A stretch of 64,000 nucleotides of DNA from Mollicutes bacterium (GCA_003553945.1 PWEL01000039.1:2571-66570), one strand, 5' to 3'. Counted from the stretch's first letter, positions 46,335 through 56,162 are shown. Notes: generated by a model not told the origin, from the sequence alone. Made by a program: numbers and translations.

Positions 46335-47333
46335 CGCCGCACCTTCCACAAGCATGTCAACCTCTATGTCGGCAATGCGACCCCGCCCGACAAGCACGGC
46401 TATGTATCGCTCTCGCTCTCGAACGTGTATGAAAAGCACGTCATCGAGCAGGCCGATACCGTCATTCTCGAAATCAATCCCAACCTGCCTCGCACCCACG
46501 GGGACCTTGAAGTGCACGAAAGCGACATCGACTATATGATCGACGTCGATTACGATGCGCCGGAGCTCCCCGATGCGGAACCCACGGAGAAGGACGAGGC
46601 GATTGGCGAACATATCGCCGCGCTCATCGACGACGGCGACACCATCCAGCTCGGCATCGGCGGCGTCCCCAATGCCGTCGCCAACGCGCTCACGGACAAA
46701 AGGGACCTCGGTGTGCACACCGAGATGCTCACGACCGGGTTCCTGCGCCTGCACAAGGCCGGCGCCATCAGCAACAAGCAAAAGACCCTGCACAAGGGGA
46801 AGATGGTCTGCGCCTTCGCGCTCGGGACGAAGGAGCTCTACGATTACATCGACGACAACCCCGCCGTCATGATGCTGGACGGCAACTATGTCAACGACCC
46901 GAGCGTCATCGGTCACAACGACAACCAGGTCTCGATCAACACCACGCTCGAAGTCGACCTCACAGGCCAGTGCGCGAGCGAATCAGTCGGCACCCGGCAA
47001 ATCAGCGGCACCGGCGGACAGGCCGATACCGCCACGGGCTCTCAGCGGGCGCGCAACGGACGGAGTTTCATCACGCTCTATTCCACGGCGAATGTGAAAA
47101 ACAAGGAGACCGGCGAGCGCGAGCGCGTCAGCAAGATCGTCCCCACGCTCAAGGAAGGTGCGGCTGTCACGCTCTCGCGCAACGATGTCGACTATGTCGT
47201 CACGGAATACGGCGCTGTAAGGCTTCGCGGCACCAACATCAAAGAACGCGTCGAGAAGCTCATCTCCATCGCCCATCCCGATTTCCGGGATGAACTGCAT
47301 GAAAAGGCGAAGCAACTGGGGTATATCCGATGA
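46335..47333 (+). pseudogene. 3' fragment of an acetyl-CoA hydrolase/transferase (4-hydroxybutyrate CoA-transferase-like) gene
   Basis: Family-like sequence from ...RTFHKHVNLYVGNA to the natural stop. There is no N-terminal ~90 aa and no start/RBS. An apparent extra in-frame gap lies near 46380 (VGNA|TPPDKHGY). Confidence 0.65.
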
Positions 47334-48157
47334 GCACCTTCGATTTCAACGGCAGGGAAGTCTACTATACCACTGACGGCGATGCCTCGAAGCCCGCGCT
47401 TCTGATATTGAACGGCATCATGATGTCGCATAAGAGCTGGGAGCCCTTCAAGGACTCCTTCACCCCCTATTTCCATCTCGTGCGCTTCGACATGCTCGAC
47501 CAGGGCTATAGCGCCAAGATGGAGGAGGACTACACGCAGGACATACAGGTCGACCTCGTCAAGGCGCTCCTCGACCACTTGAACATAGACAGAGCCTATA
47601 TCGCCGGCATCAGCTACGGCGGCAGCGTCGCGCTTCAGATGGCGGTGAAATACCCTTCCCGCATCGTCCGCATGGCGCTTTTCAACGCCGGCGCCCGCAC
47701 TTCCGAGTGGCTCAGGGATGTCGGCCGCGGCTGGAATGAAGTGGCGAAGGGCAGAAACGGGAAGGCGTACTATCACGTGACCATCCCCTATATCTATTCC
47801 CCGCAGTTCTATACCAGGGAGAATGCCTGGATGGAGGCGCGCAGGGAGAAACTCCTTCCGGTCTTTGACAATGCCGATTTCCAGGACGCGATGGTGCGTC
47901 TGACAAAGAGCGCGGAAAGCCATGATGTCTCGGACCGCCTCGAGGAGATAGAGGTTCCCACCATCGTCGCGGCGGCGGATCATGATGTGCTCACGCCGCC
48001 GCATGAACAGCGCGAGCTCGCCGAGCGCATGCCGAATGCCCGTCTCACTGTCTTCGACGACTGCGGCCATGCGAGCATGTACGAGAAGCCGTCGCTATTC
48101 GTCGCTACCATCCTGGGCTTCTTCCTGGATGATCAGGAGAGTTATGAAATCGAGTGA
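47330..48157 (+). CDS. Alpha/beta-hydrolase
   Basis: LILNGIMMSHKSW, nucleophile elbow GISYGGS, and C-terminal CGHASMYE. ATGA overlap with the upstream remnant. Confidence 0.8.
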   Translation: MSTFDFNGREVYYTTDGDASKPALLILNGIMMSHKSWEPFKDSFTPYFHLVRFDMLDQGYSAKMEEDYTQDIQVDLVKALLDHLNIDRAYIAGISYGGSVALQMAVKYPSRIVRMALFNAGARTSEWLRDVGRGWNEVAKGRNGKAYYHVTIPYIYSPQFYTRENAWMEARREKLLPVFDNADFQDAMVRLTKSAESHDVSDRLEEIEVPTIVAAADHDVLTPPHEQRELAERMPNARLTVFDDCGHASMYEKPSLFVATILGFFLDDQESYEIE

Positions 48158-48171
48158 CTAAGGAGGGTTCC

Positions 48172-49053
48172 ATGGATAAAGAGTATCTGACGATTGAAAA
48201 CAACGAGACGATCGCCTATATCGAGAAGAACAGGGAAGCATCGGAAACGCTCGTGCTCCTGCACGGCAACATGAGCAGCGGCGTGCACTATGAGCCGCTG
48301 TTTGAACATCTCGACGATGTGCATCTGATCGTCCCCGACCTCCGCGGCTTCGGCGATTCGACCTATGCGACGCCTGTCGATGGCTTGAAGGATTTCGCGG
48401 ACGATGTCGCGATGTTTCTGCGCAAAAAGGGCATCTCAAAGGCGCATGTCGCGGGGTGGAGCACCGGCGGCGGTGTCGCGCTCGCTCTCGCCGCACGTCA
48501 TAAGGACCTCGTCGAGCGCCTCGTGTTGATCGAGTCCTGTTCATACCGCGGCTATCCCATATTCAAGAAGGACAAGTCCATGCAGCCCACGGATGAACTC
48601 TACACCGACAAGGCATCCCTTGCTGAAGACCCTGTGCAGGTCGCCCCTTTGATCAAGGCGCTCAGGACGAACGACAAGGTCTTCATGCGGCAGGTGTGGG
48701 ATGCGATGATCTATACGGTCGACACTCCGGATGAAGCGTATTATGAGAAGACGCTCGAGGAGACATTGAAGCAGAGGAATATCGTCGACGTCGACTGGGC
48801 GCTCCTCACCTTCAACATGTCCCACACGTCGAACGGCGTCAGTGAGGGCGACGGCACGATCGACGATGTGGACGTGCCGGTGCTGATGGTGTATGGCGAG
48901 CAGGACGCCGTCATCCCGAGAAAGATGTTCGAAGAGACGGCGGATGCGCTCGCCGACGTGGAGACGGGGGTCTACGAGAATTCCGGGCACTCCCCCATCG
49001 TCGATGTCCCGAAACAGCTCAGCGAACGTATCAAAGAATTCCTTAGGAAATAA
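48172..49053 (+). CDS. Alpha/beta-hydrolase (paralogue of 1304-2209) with the canonical GWSTG elbow
   Basis: RBS AAGGAGG precedes ATG 48172. Motifs LVLLHGN, DLRGFGDS, AGWSTGGG and NSGHSP. Confidence 0.8.
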   Translation: MDKEYLTIENNETIAYIEKNREASETLVLLHGNMSSGVHYEPLFEHLDDVHLIVPDLRGFGDSTYATPVDGLKDFADDVAMFLRKKGISKAHVAGWSTGGGVALALAARHKDLVERLVLIESCSYRGYPIFKKDKSMQPTDELYTDKASLAEDPVQVAPLIKALRTNDKVFMRQVWDAMIYTVDTPDEAYYEKTLEETLKQRNIVDVDWALLTFNMSHTSNGVSEGDGTIDDVDVPVLMVYGEQDAVIPRKMFEETADALADVETGVYENSGHSPIVDVPKQLSERIKEFLRK

Positions 49054-49077
49054 GGCGGACTGATGTCCGTCTTTTTT
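49054..49077 (+). terminator. Intrinsic terminator
   Basis: Stem GGCGGAC / GTCCGTC (one G-T pair) with a TGAT loop, followed by T6. Confidence 0.6.
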
Positions 49078-49126
49078 CACAAGTAAAACGCCCCCTCACC
49101 CGGTAACATAGGGATGAGGTGATTAT

Positions 49127-50917
49127 ATGAAGAAAACACTGTTCGCTCTTTTGCTTGTCCTGTTGATGTTCATGACGAATGTGCAGGCGCTCGAGAGTGA
49201 ACCGGACGGGAAGAATCTTTTGAACCCCTCCTTTTTCGAGCACGATAGCGGCGCCGATATGCTTTATACCACGACCCCTGTCCCCCTTGAAGCGGGAGAG
49301 ACGTATACGTTCTCCGCTTCGAGCGAGTGGGGCTGGAATGTGAAGCTTTTCGCGCAGGATCATGTCTATGCGGATGAAAAAGCCTACGACCATGATGCAT
49401 GCTCGATCGAGGGCTTCACCATGACATGCACATTCGATGCCGTGGCGGATGAAGTGGACGTGGAGGTATCCGGAGGTGACACGTCACGCTACTATGGATC
49501 CTACGGCCTCGAACTGTTCCAGCTCGAAGCGGGCGGGACGGCCACTGACTATGAACCATATATTCCGAAGGAGGAGGGGGGCCCTCCCGAGTTCTCGGGT
49601 GGAGGTACCTTCGTCACGAGCTACACGGAGGCGTATGCGCTCGACGACATCATCGACAATCATATCAGCGCCTATGATGCAATCGACGGCGATGTGAGCG
49701 ACTCGATCAAAGTCGTAGAAGACGCCTATACGGGGAATGAGTCGACGGTCGGCGCGTATGAAGTCGTTCTCGAGGCGAGCGATTCCAGCGACAACACGGC
49801 GTATTTCGACCTGCTTGTCTCGGTCATTGACGATGTGCCCCCTGTCATCGAGGGAGAAGAGGCGGTGCATGTGGATGTCGACGAGGCCTCCGCGCTCACG
49901 GCGATCATCGATGAGTCCTTCGCGTTCCATGATGAGTATGATGGGACGATCGACGAGTACAGCATCGTGAGCGATGACTACACCGGCAGCGAGACAGTAC
50001 TCGGTGCGAAGGCTGTCACCATCGAGGTATCGGATGCGGCGGGCAACATCACGTCTTATACGTTCGATGTCGTCGTCGAGGACATCACGCCGCCGGTGAT
50101 CAGCGGTCCGGAATCGAACACTGTCTATCTTTCCAACCCGAAGACCCTCGATGATCTGCTTGCGCTTTATGAAGCGACGGACAATCACACTCCCGCGGAA
50201 GAGGTCTCGCTTGAGATTATAGAGGAGGCTATCGATTTCGACGCCGTAGGGACGTATGACATGGTATTGCGCGGCGAGGATGCCTCCGGCAATCAGACGA
50301 CGAAGAGTGTCGAAGTCGTCATCATCGATGATGTGCCGCCGGTGTTCACCGGACCTTCGTTCAAGGAAATCTCCTATACGTGGTCGCTCGATCTCAAGGC
50401 CTTGATCGCCGACTTCACCATCGAGGACAACCACGACACCCTCGATGAAGACGACGTCGTCGTAGTAAAGAATGACTATCAGGAAGGCATTATCGGCGAG
50501 TACGAGATGCTTTTCGAAGTCGCGGATGCCTCCGGCAACCGTTCGGAACATGCGATGGTCATCGCTGTCATCGACGACGTTCCGCCTTATTTCATCCTCG
50601 ATGAGCGCATCACCGTGACGAACACGACGCACCTATCAAGCGAAGAAGTGTTTTTGCATCTCAAGCAGGATGCGGAGGTCGAGGCGTTCGCCCCTGTCGC
50701 GATGGAGGTCATCGCCGAAACCTATACCGAAAACAGCGAGACCCCCGGCATCTATGAATACGAAGTGGAGCTTATGAATGCCGAAGGGGCGCGCGCGCAG
50801 CACAGCGTGGAAATCGAGGTGGTCGGCATCGTCGATCAGGACTCGCCGAACTGGTTCATCGCGGTCGCTGGCGCTATCCTTCTCTGCGGAGGTGCCGTCT
50901 GGGTGAAACGCCGTTGA
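49127..50917 (+). CDS. Membrane-anchored surface protein: signal peptide, jelly-roll-like N-domain, five Ig-like (DUF5011/HYR-like) repeats, C-terminal TM anchor
   Basis: Signal peptide MKKTLFALLLVLLMFMTNVQA. Repeat boundaries are marked by DDVPPV/DITPPV/DDVPPY. The C-terminus is NWFIAVAGAILLCGGAVWVKRR. Confidence 0.8.
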   Translation: MKKTLFALLLVLLMFMTNVQALESEPDGKNLLNPSFFEHDSGADMLYTTTPVPLEAGETYTFSASSEWGWNVKLFAQDHVYADEKAYDHDACSIEGFTMTCTFDAVADEVDVEVSGGDTSRYYGSYGLELFQLEAGGTATDYEPYIPKEEGGPPEFSGGGTFVTSYTEAYALDDIIDNHISAYDAIDGDVSDSIKVVEDAYTGNESTVGAYEVVLEASDSSDNTAYFDLLVSVIDDVPPVIEGEEAVHVDVDEASALTAIIDESFAFHDEYDGTIDEYSIVSDDYTGSETVLGAKAVTIEVSDAAGNITSYTFDVVVEDITPPVISGPESNTVYLSNPKTLDDLLALYEATDNHTPAEEVSLEIIEEAIDFDAVGTYDMVLRGEDASGNQTTKSVEVVIIDDVPPVFTGPSFKEISYTWSLDLKALIADFTIEDNHDTLDEDDVVVVKNDYQEGIIGEYEMLFEVADASGNRSEHAMVIAVIDDVPPYFILDERITVTNTTHLSSEEVFLHLKQDAEVEAFAPVAMEVIAETYTENSETPGIYEYEVELMNAEGARAQHSVEIEVVGIVDQDSPNWFIAVAGAILLCGGAVWVKRR

Positions 50918-50930
50918 TGAAGTTTTAACA

Positions 50931-50960
50931 AAAAAGCTGCGGATTTTCCGCGGCTTTTTT
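50931..50960 (+). terminator. Intrinsic terminator
   Basis: Stem GCTGCGG / CCGCGGC followed by T6. Confidence 0.7.
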
Positions 50961-50970
50961 ATTCTGCCTA

Positions 50971-50998
50971 TTGACTTTTGCGCCATAGCATTTATAAT
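50971..50998 (+). promoter_or_regulatory. Putative sigma-A promoter of the MarR-ABC operon
   Basis: TTGACT (50971-50976), a 16-nt spacer, then TATAAT (50993-50998). Confidence 0.6.
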
Positions 50999-51000
50999 AA

Positions 51001-51015
51001 TTAGGAAAAACCTAA
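51001..51015. promoter_or_regulatory. Perfect inverted repeat TTAGG-N5-CCTAA, candidate MarR operator
   Basis: Located 3 nt downstream of the -10 box, where autoregulatory MarR sites typically lie. Confidence 0.4.
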
Positions 51016-51030
51016 CTAACTATTCGGGAG

Positions 51031-51468
51031 ATGGATGGCGCTATGGAAAAAGAAACGGTCCGCAAAGCATTCAATGCGTTCCTCAAGATGTATTTTCAAA
51101 GCTGTCGGGAAGTCTACGAGGAACTCGACCTCGAAGGCATCACCAACCGGCAGTTTCAATATCTCAGAGAGATCGAGAAGAACGGCTCGATGACCATGAG
51201 TGAACTCGCGGAAGCGTTCGACCTCTCAAAACCCACGGTCACGGAAGTCGTGCGCAAGTTCACTGAAGCGGGCCTGATTGAGAAGAACCGCTGTAATGAG
51301 GACCATCGCGTCTTCAATATAACCCTCACCGAACGCGGGGCTCTGCTCGCGAAGACGAACATCCTCGAGAGCGACCGTGCGCTTGAAAAGATCTTCGAGC
51401 GGCTCGATGAGGATGAAGTCAGGACACTCATAAAGCTTTTCGATAAGATAGGGCAGGTGGAAACATGA
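51031..51468 (+). CDS. MarR-family transcriptional regulator
   Basis: Winged-helix region (ITNRQFQYLREIEKNGSMTMSELAEAFDLSKPTVTEVVRKF). The start could be ATG 51043. Confidence 0.85.
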   Translation: MDGAMEKETVRKAFNAFLKMYFQSCREVYEELDLEGITNRQFQYLREIEKNGSMTMSELAEAFDLSKPTVTEVVRKFTEAGLIEKNRCNEDHRVFNITLTERGALLAKTNILESDRALEKIFERLDEDEVRTLIKLFDKIGQVET

Positions 51469-53261
51469 TATTCTCGAAATCGATCAACCAATACTACATC
51501 AAATTCATTCATCTTTTCCTGATGGGGCTTGTCGCGCTGCTTCTCGTCGACATCGCGCAGCTCGAGATCCCCAACATCATCGGGACCCTTGTCGATCAGC
51601 TCGAAGCGTACAGGGCCGGTGAACTGACTGAAGGTGAAGCGATCGACGCCGTTCAGGACATCCTCCTGACGCTGGTGCTCATCACCGTCGCCATCGTCGT
51701 CGGACGTTTCATCTGGCGTATCGGCATCATGGGCGGCTCGCGTCGCCTCACATATGAACTCAGGGACGACATGTTCCAGCATGCGCTCGTCCTCTCCAAC
51801 CGCTTCTATTCCGAGCGCAAGGTCGGCGGTCTGATGGCGCTTTTCATCAATGACATCGAAGCGATCCGCAGGGCTATCGGCCCGGGCATGATCATGATGA
51901 TCGACGCCGTCTTCCTCGGCGTCCTGGTATTGACGCGGATGATCCTCCTCGACGCGCGGATGACACTTGTGCTCGTGATTCCCATGGTGGCCATCGCCCT
52001 GATCGGCATCTTCATCGGCGATAAGATGCGCAAACGGTTCCGTCAGGCGCAGAAGGCGTTCGAGGATCTGAGCGATGTCGTTCAGGAGAGCTTCTCCGGC
52101 ATCATGGTCATCAAGGCCTTCGTCAAGGAGGAGCTCGAGATCAGGCATTTCCTCAAGAAGAACAAGAACGCGAAGGACAAGAACATCCGCTTCGTCCGCA
52201 TGATGATGTTCATGCGCGCCGGCGTACGGGCCGTGGTCAGTCTGAGTTTCGTGCTGATCATCGCGTTCGGCTCGCAACTTGTCGCGGAGACGCGCGGGAC
52301 GGCCGACCCCTTCACCATCGGCGACCTTGTGGCATTCGTCGCCTACTTCAACATGCTGGTGTGGCCGATGATGGCCATCGCCATGATCATCAATGTCAGA
52401 AGCCGCGGGAAAGCGTCCCTGCAGCGTGTTGAGGAGTTCCTCGACGAACCGGTCGAGATTTATGACGATGACGATGTCGAACATATAGAAAACCTCGAGG
52501 GCGAGATCGAATTCAATCATCTCTATTTTAAGTATCCCGACGAGGAAGCGGAGGACCATGTGCTCAAGGACATCTCCTTCAAGATAGAAAAGGGCGAGAT
52601 GGTCGGTATCCTCGGAAGGACCGGCAGCGGCAAGACATCTATCGTCGACCTCCTGCTCAGGCTCTACAACCTTCCAGAGAACAAGCTGCTTCTAGACGGC
52701 AAGGACATCATGAAGCTTCCCATCAGGAAAGTGCGCGAGGATATCGGCTATGTCCCGCAGGATGGCTTTCTCTTCTCCGACACCATCAGGAACAACATCG
52801 CGCTCGGCGTCGACTCCCGCGAGATGGACATGCAAAAGATCCAGCAGGTCGCCGAGCTCTCCGATGTGCACGATAATATCGTCGAGTTCAAGCATGGCTA
52901 CGAGACCGTCATCGGAGAGCGCGGCGTGACGCTCTCCGGCGGACAGAAGCAGCGTGTCTCCATCGCGCGGGCGCTGGCGAAGAATCCGCCCGTTTTGATT
53001 CTCGACGACTCTGTCAGCGCCGTCGACACGGGCACTGAGGAGAAGATCCTGCGCAACCTGCGCAAGGTGCGCAAAGGCAAGACCACAATAATGATCGCTC
53101 ACCGCGTCTCGACGGTGAAGGATGCGGACAAGATCGTCGTCATCGACGAGGGACGCGTCCTCGATGTCGGCTCGCACGACGAACTCTATGAGCGGTGCGA
53201 ATTCTATAGAGACCTCGTCGAGAGACAGAAGCTCGAAGACGAAGTAGAGGAGGCGGTTTAA
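51465..53261 (+). CDS. ABC exporter half-transporter (TMD-NBD), subunit 1 of a heterodimer
   Basis: Six N-terminal TM helices, Walker A GRTGSGKTS, signature LSGGQKQR and Walker B ILILDD. Confidence 0.9.
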   Translation: MIFSKSINQYYIKFIHLFLMGLVALLLVDIAQLEIPNIIGTLVDQLEAYRAGELTEGEAIDAVQDILLTLVLITVAIVVGRFIWRIGIMGGSRRLTYELRDDMFQHALVLSNRFYSERKVGGLMALFINDIEAIRRAIGPGMIMMIDAVFLGVLVLTRMILLDARMTLVLVIPMVAIALIGIFIGDKMRKRFRQAQKAFEDLSDVVQESFSGIMVIKAFVKEELEIRHFLKKNKNAKDKNIRFVRMMMFMRAGVRAVVSLSFVLIIAFGSQLVAETRGTADPFTIGDLVAFVAYFNMLVWPMMAIAMIINVRSRGKASLQRVEEFLDEPVEIYDDDDVEHIENLEGEIEFNHLYFKYPDEEAEDHVLKDISFKIEKGEMVGILGRTGSGKTSIVDLLLRLYNLPENKLLLDGKDIMKLPIRKVREDIGYVPQDGFLFSDTIRNNIALGVDSREMDMQKIQQVAELSDVHDNIVEFKHGYETVIGERGVTLSGGQKQRVSIARALAKNPPVLILDDSVSAVDTGTEEKILRNLRKVRKGKTTIMIAHRVSTVKDADKIVVIDEGRVLDVGSHDELYERCEFYRDLVERQKLEDEVEEAV

Positions 53262-55055
53262 ATGTACGATATTGATACGGATGCACGGCTTTATAGCTAT
53301 TCCGACAAGACCATCCTGAAACGCCTCATGTCCTACGCCAAGCCATACATCCCGTCTTTCATCCTCACCTTCTTCCTGATGATTCTCGCAGTGGCCCTCC
53401 AGCTCTTCGAACCGTTCCTCATCGGCGAGAGTGTCAATATCATCACCGGGGATGAGATGACCATCGAGCGACTCTTCGGCGTCGTCCCCACCCTGGCGCC
53501 TGTCCTCATCGTGTTCGCCTCCTCCGTCGTCCTCGCTGCAGTGTTCGAATATCTGCAGACGATGGTGCTGCAGAAGGCCGGTCAGTCGATCATCTACAAC
53601 ATGAGGGAGGAAGCGTTCACGCATGTCGAACGCCAGGACATCGAATACTTCAACAAGATCCCCACAGGCAAGCTCGTCACCCGCGTCGCCAACGACACCC
53701 AGAAACTCAACGAGATGTACACCGACGTCCTCATCAACGTGTTCAGGAATCTCTTCATGGTCGTCGGCATCGCCTCGATGATGATTGTCCTGAATGCGCG
53801 TCTCGCGGCACTCGTCCTCATCGTCATGCCGTTCATCGTGCTCTTTTCCATCATCTTCCGTCGCTTTGCGCGCATCGCCTACCGCAGGGTCCGCACCAAT
53901 ACCTCGCGCGTCAACGGCTTTCTCTCCGAACATCTCTCCGGCATGAAGGTCGTGCAGATCTTCAACAAGGAAGACGACAAGCACCGGGAGTTCGATGAGA
54001 AGAACACCGAACTCAAGAACGCCGAGCTTAGGCAGCTCCTCGTCTTCGCCATTTACCGGCCGACCATGTACATGCTGTTCATGGTCGCGACGATCATCAT
54101 ATTCTACTATGGCGGCATGCAGGTCATCGCTGGGACGATCACCGCCGGCACCATCGTGGCGTTCTACAACTATCTCCGCCGCTTTTTCGAACCCATCCAG
54201 CAGCTCGCCGAGCAGCTCAACGTCATCCAGGAGGCTTTCGCATCAAGCGAGCGCATATTCGCCATCCTTGATGAGAAGCCGACCATCCACGACCACGAAG
54301 ACCCCATCGAGCTAGACGATGTGCGCGGCGAGATCGAGTTCAGGAATGTCTGGTTCGCCTACAAGGAGAACGAATGGGTGCTTAAAGATGTCAGCTTCAA
54401 GGTCGAGGCGAAGGAATCCGTCGCATTCGTCGGTGCGACCGGCGCCGGCAAGACCACCATTCTCCGCCTGCTCTCGCGCGATTATGACATCCAGCACGGC
54501 GAGATCCTGCTCGATGGCATCGATATAACCAAGATCAAGATCGCCAACCTGCGGTCCTTCATCGGACAGATGCTCCAGGATGTCTTCATGTTCAGCGGTA
54601 CGATCATGTCCAATATCACCATGCGCGAGGACAGCATCACCGAAGAAGAAGTGCGGCGAGCCTGTCAGTATGTCAACGCGCATCACTTCATCGAGCAGCA
54701 GCCCAACGGCTATTACGAGAAGGTGCGTGAGCGCGGCAACAATTTCTCCGCCGGTCAGCGCCAGCTCATCTCCTTCGCACGGACACTCGTGCACAAGCCG
54801 CGCATCATGATTCTCGATGAGGCGACGGCGAACATCGATACGGAGACCGAGGAGATCATCCAGGAATCGCTCAAGAAGATGATGAACATCGGCACCATGC
54901 TCATCGTCGCCCACAGGCTCTCGACCATCCAGCACGTTGACAATATCATCGTGCTCCAGCAGGGCGAGATCATCGAACAGGGGGACCACCAGGAGCTCCT
55001 CAGGCAGAAAGGGCATTACTACCAGCTCTATAAGATCCAGTACGAAGACCAATAG
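53262..55055 (+). CDS. ABC exporter half-transporter (TMD-NBD), subunit 2
   Basis: Walker A GATGAGKTT, signature FSAGQRQL and Walker B IMILDEAT. Confidence 0.9.
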   Translation: MYDIDTDARLYSYSDKTILKRLMSYAKPYIPSFILTFFLMILAVALQLFEPFLIGESVNIITGDEMTIERLFGVVPTLAPVLIVFASSVVLAAVFEYLQTMVLQKAGQSIIYNMREEAFTHVERQDIEYFNKIPTGKLVTRVANDTQKLNEMYTDVLINVFRNLFMVVGIASMMIVLNARLAALVLIVMPFIVLFSIIFRRFARIAYRRVRTNTSRVNGFLSEHLSGMKVVQIFNKEDDKHREFDEKNTELKNAELRQLLVFAIYRPTMYMLFMVATIIIFYYGGMQVIAGTITAGTIVAFYNYLRRFFEPIQQLAEQLNVIQEAFASSERIFAILDEKPTIHDHEDPIELDDVRGEIEFRNVWFAYKENEWVLKDVSFKVEAKESVAFVGATGAGKTTILRLLSRDYDIQHGEILLDGIDITKIKIANLRSFIGQMLQDVFMFSGTIMSNITMREDSITEEEVRRACQYVNAHHFIEQQPNGYYEKVRERGNNFSAGQRQLISFARTLVHKPRIMILDEATANIDTETEEIIQESLKKMMNIGTMLIVAHRLSTIQHVDNIIVLQQGEIIEQGDHQELLRQKGHYYQLYKIQYEDQ

Positions 55056-55067
55056 ACCGGTCGCTTA

Positions 55068-55100
55068 TCCCTTCCGTTTCAAAACGGAAGGGATTTTTTT
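55068..55100 (+). terminator. Intrinsic terminator
   Basis: 11-bp stem TCCCTTCCGTT / AACGGAAGGGA followed by T7. Confidence 0.8.
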
Positions 55101-55106
55101 CGTGCG

Positions 55107-55135
55107 TTGCGCATGCGCATGCTGTGATGTATAAT
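55107..55135 (+). promoter_or_regulatory. Putative sigma-A promoter overlapped by a 12-bp perfect palindrome
   Basis: TTGCGC (55107-55112), a 17-nt spacer, then TATAAT (55130-55135). The palindrome TGCGCATGCGCA lies at 55108-55119. Confidence 0.55.
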
Positions 55136-55160
55136 ACAGTTAAAGGCAGGAGGGGATTCC

Positions 55161-56162
55161 ATGCATCTTCTAGCGTTCATCCTCGTTATGCTCGTGCTCA
55201 TCGACCATGCCATGCGGTATAAGTCGGAATCGCTCATCTACTACAAGAACAACCACCGTTTCACCGTGGTTGTCGCTGTGCTGGATTTCCATTCTCACAT
55301 CAGCGACCTGATTGAACTCTCGAAGCATTCCGAGCATGAGTTTTTGTTCGTCGGTGTGAACGGTGTGCTCGACAAGGACTACGATGAAAAAGTCCATATC
55401 ATCGAGACGATGTGCGCCGGCGAGGAAGGGGTGCGGACGCCTGTGCTTAGCAAGGCGTATCACGAGGGTTATAAGGAGACCGATGCTGAATTCCTTCTGT
55501 TCATGGATGCGGCGTTCTTCATCAACAACCCGAAGATTCTCGACCACATGGCGAACAACCTCGTCGAGCATCAGGTCTATACGGTAAAGGAGATGTATCC
55601 CTATCGTCCTGCTAATGAAGGTTATAAGCTGTTTTTCGACATTTTCCGGGAGATGAATGTCTCGTCCGATACGGTGAATTATCAGTTCTTCGCCATCAAG
55701 CGCACGACCTATGAACTCGCTGGTTGCCACGAGAGGATCTACGAGGACACATCGGCGTTCGAGAATGACCTCATGAACAAGAATGTGAACCTCATGCACA
55801 TCCGGCACCAGGCCTCGGTCGAGAAAGTTGAGCAGAATCCCGGATTCAAGGAGTTCCTCTCCCGCTGGGTCGACAGTTTCAAGAAGCGCCGACGCAATTT
55901 CGGTACGGGCCGCATGCTGCTTTTGCTTTTAGCGTTGCATTTTTTCTATTTCGCGATCGTCTATGATTTCAGCTGGGTCAATCTGTCATTGCTTGTAGCG
56001 GTGCATGTGGGCATCTGGTTCGTCTTTTCATCCTCGATGCGACAGCACATCCTGCAGTATGTGCTCATCCCTTTCTATATGCTGTTTTTCGACCTGATGC
56101 TTGTCTATGGCGCGTTGCGGCGTCTTTTGCATACGATTGTCCTGAAGAGGCAGGGACAATGA
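55161..56162 (+). CDS. GT2-like (GT-A fold) membrane protein with degenerate catalytic motifs
   Basis: N-terminal TM, a central GT-A-like region with FMDAAFF where LDAD/DxD is expected, and 2-3 C-terminal TM helices (CrtQ-like topology). RBS GGAGGGG. Confidence 0.55.
   Translation: MHLLAFILVMLVLIDHAMRYKSESLIYYKNNHRFTVVVAVLDFHSHISDLIELSKHSEHEFLFVGVNGVLDKDYDEKVHIIETMCAGEEGVRTPVLSKAYHEGYKETDAEFLLFMDAAFFINNPKILDHMANNLVEHQVYTVKEMYPYRPANEGYKLFFDIFREMNVSSDTVNYQFFAIKRTTYELAGCHERIYEDTSAFENDLMNKNVNLMHIRHQASVEKVEQNPGFKEFLSRWVDSFKKRRRNFGTGRMLLLLLALHFFYFAIVYDFSWVNLSLLVAVHVGIWFVFSSSMRQHILQYVLIPFYMLFFDLMLVYGALRRLLHTIVLKRQGQ

Noticed and set aside
42724-49053. Reading thiolase + acetoacetyl-CoA-reductase-like SDR + alpha/beta-hydrolases as a PHA (phaA-phaB-phaC) synthesis cluster.
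   Set aside because: The hydrolases are only ~275-295 aa with a G-x-S-x-G elbow. They lack PhaC size and the lipase-box cysteine, and no phasin or PhaE/PhaR-like gene is present.
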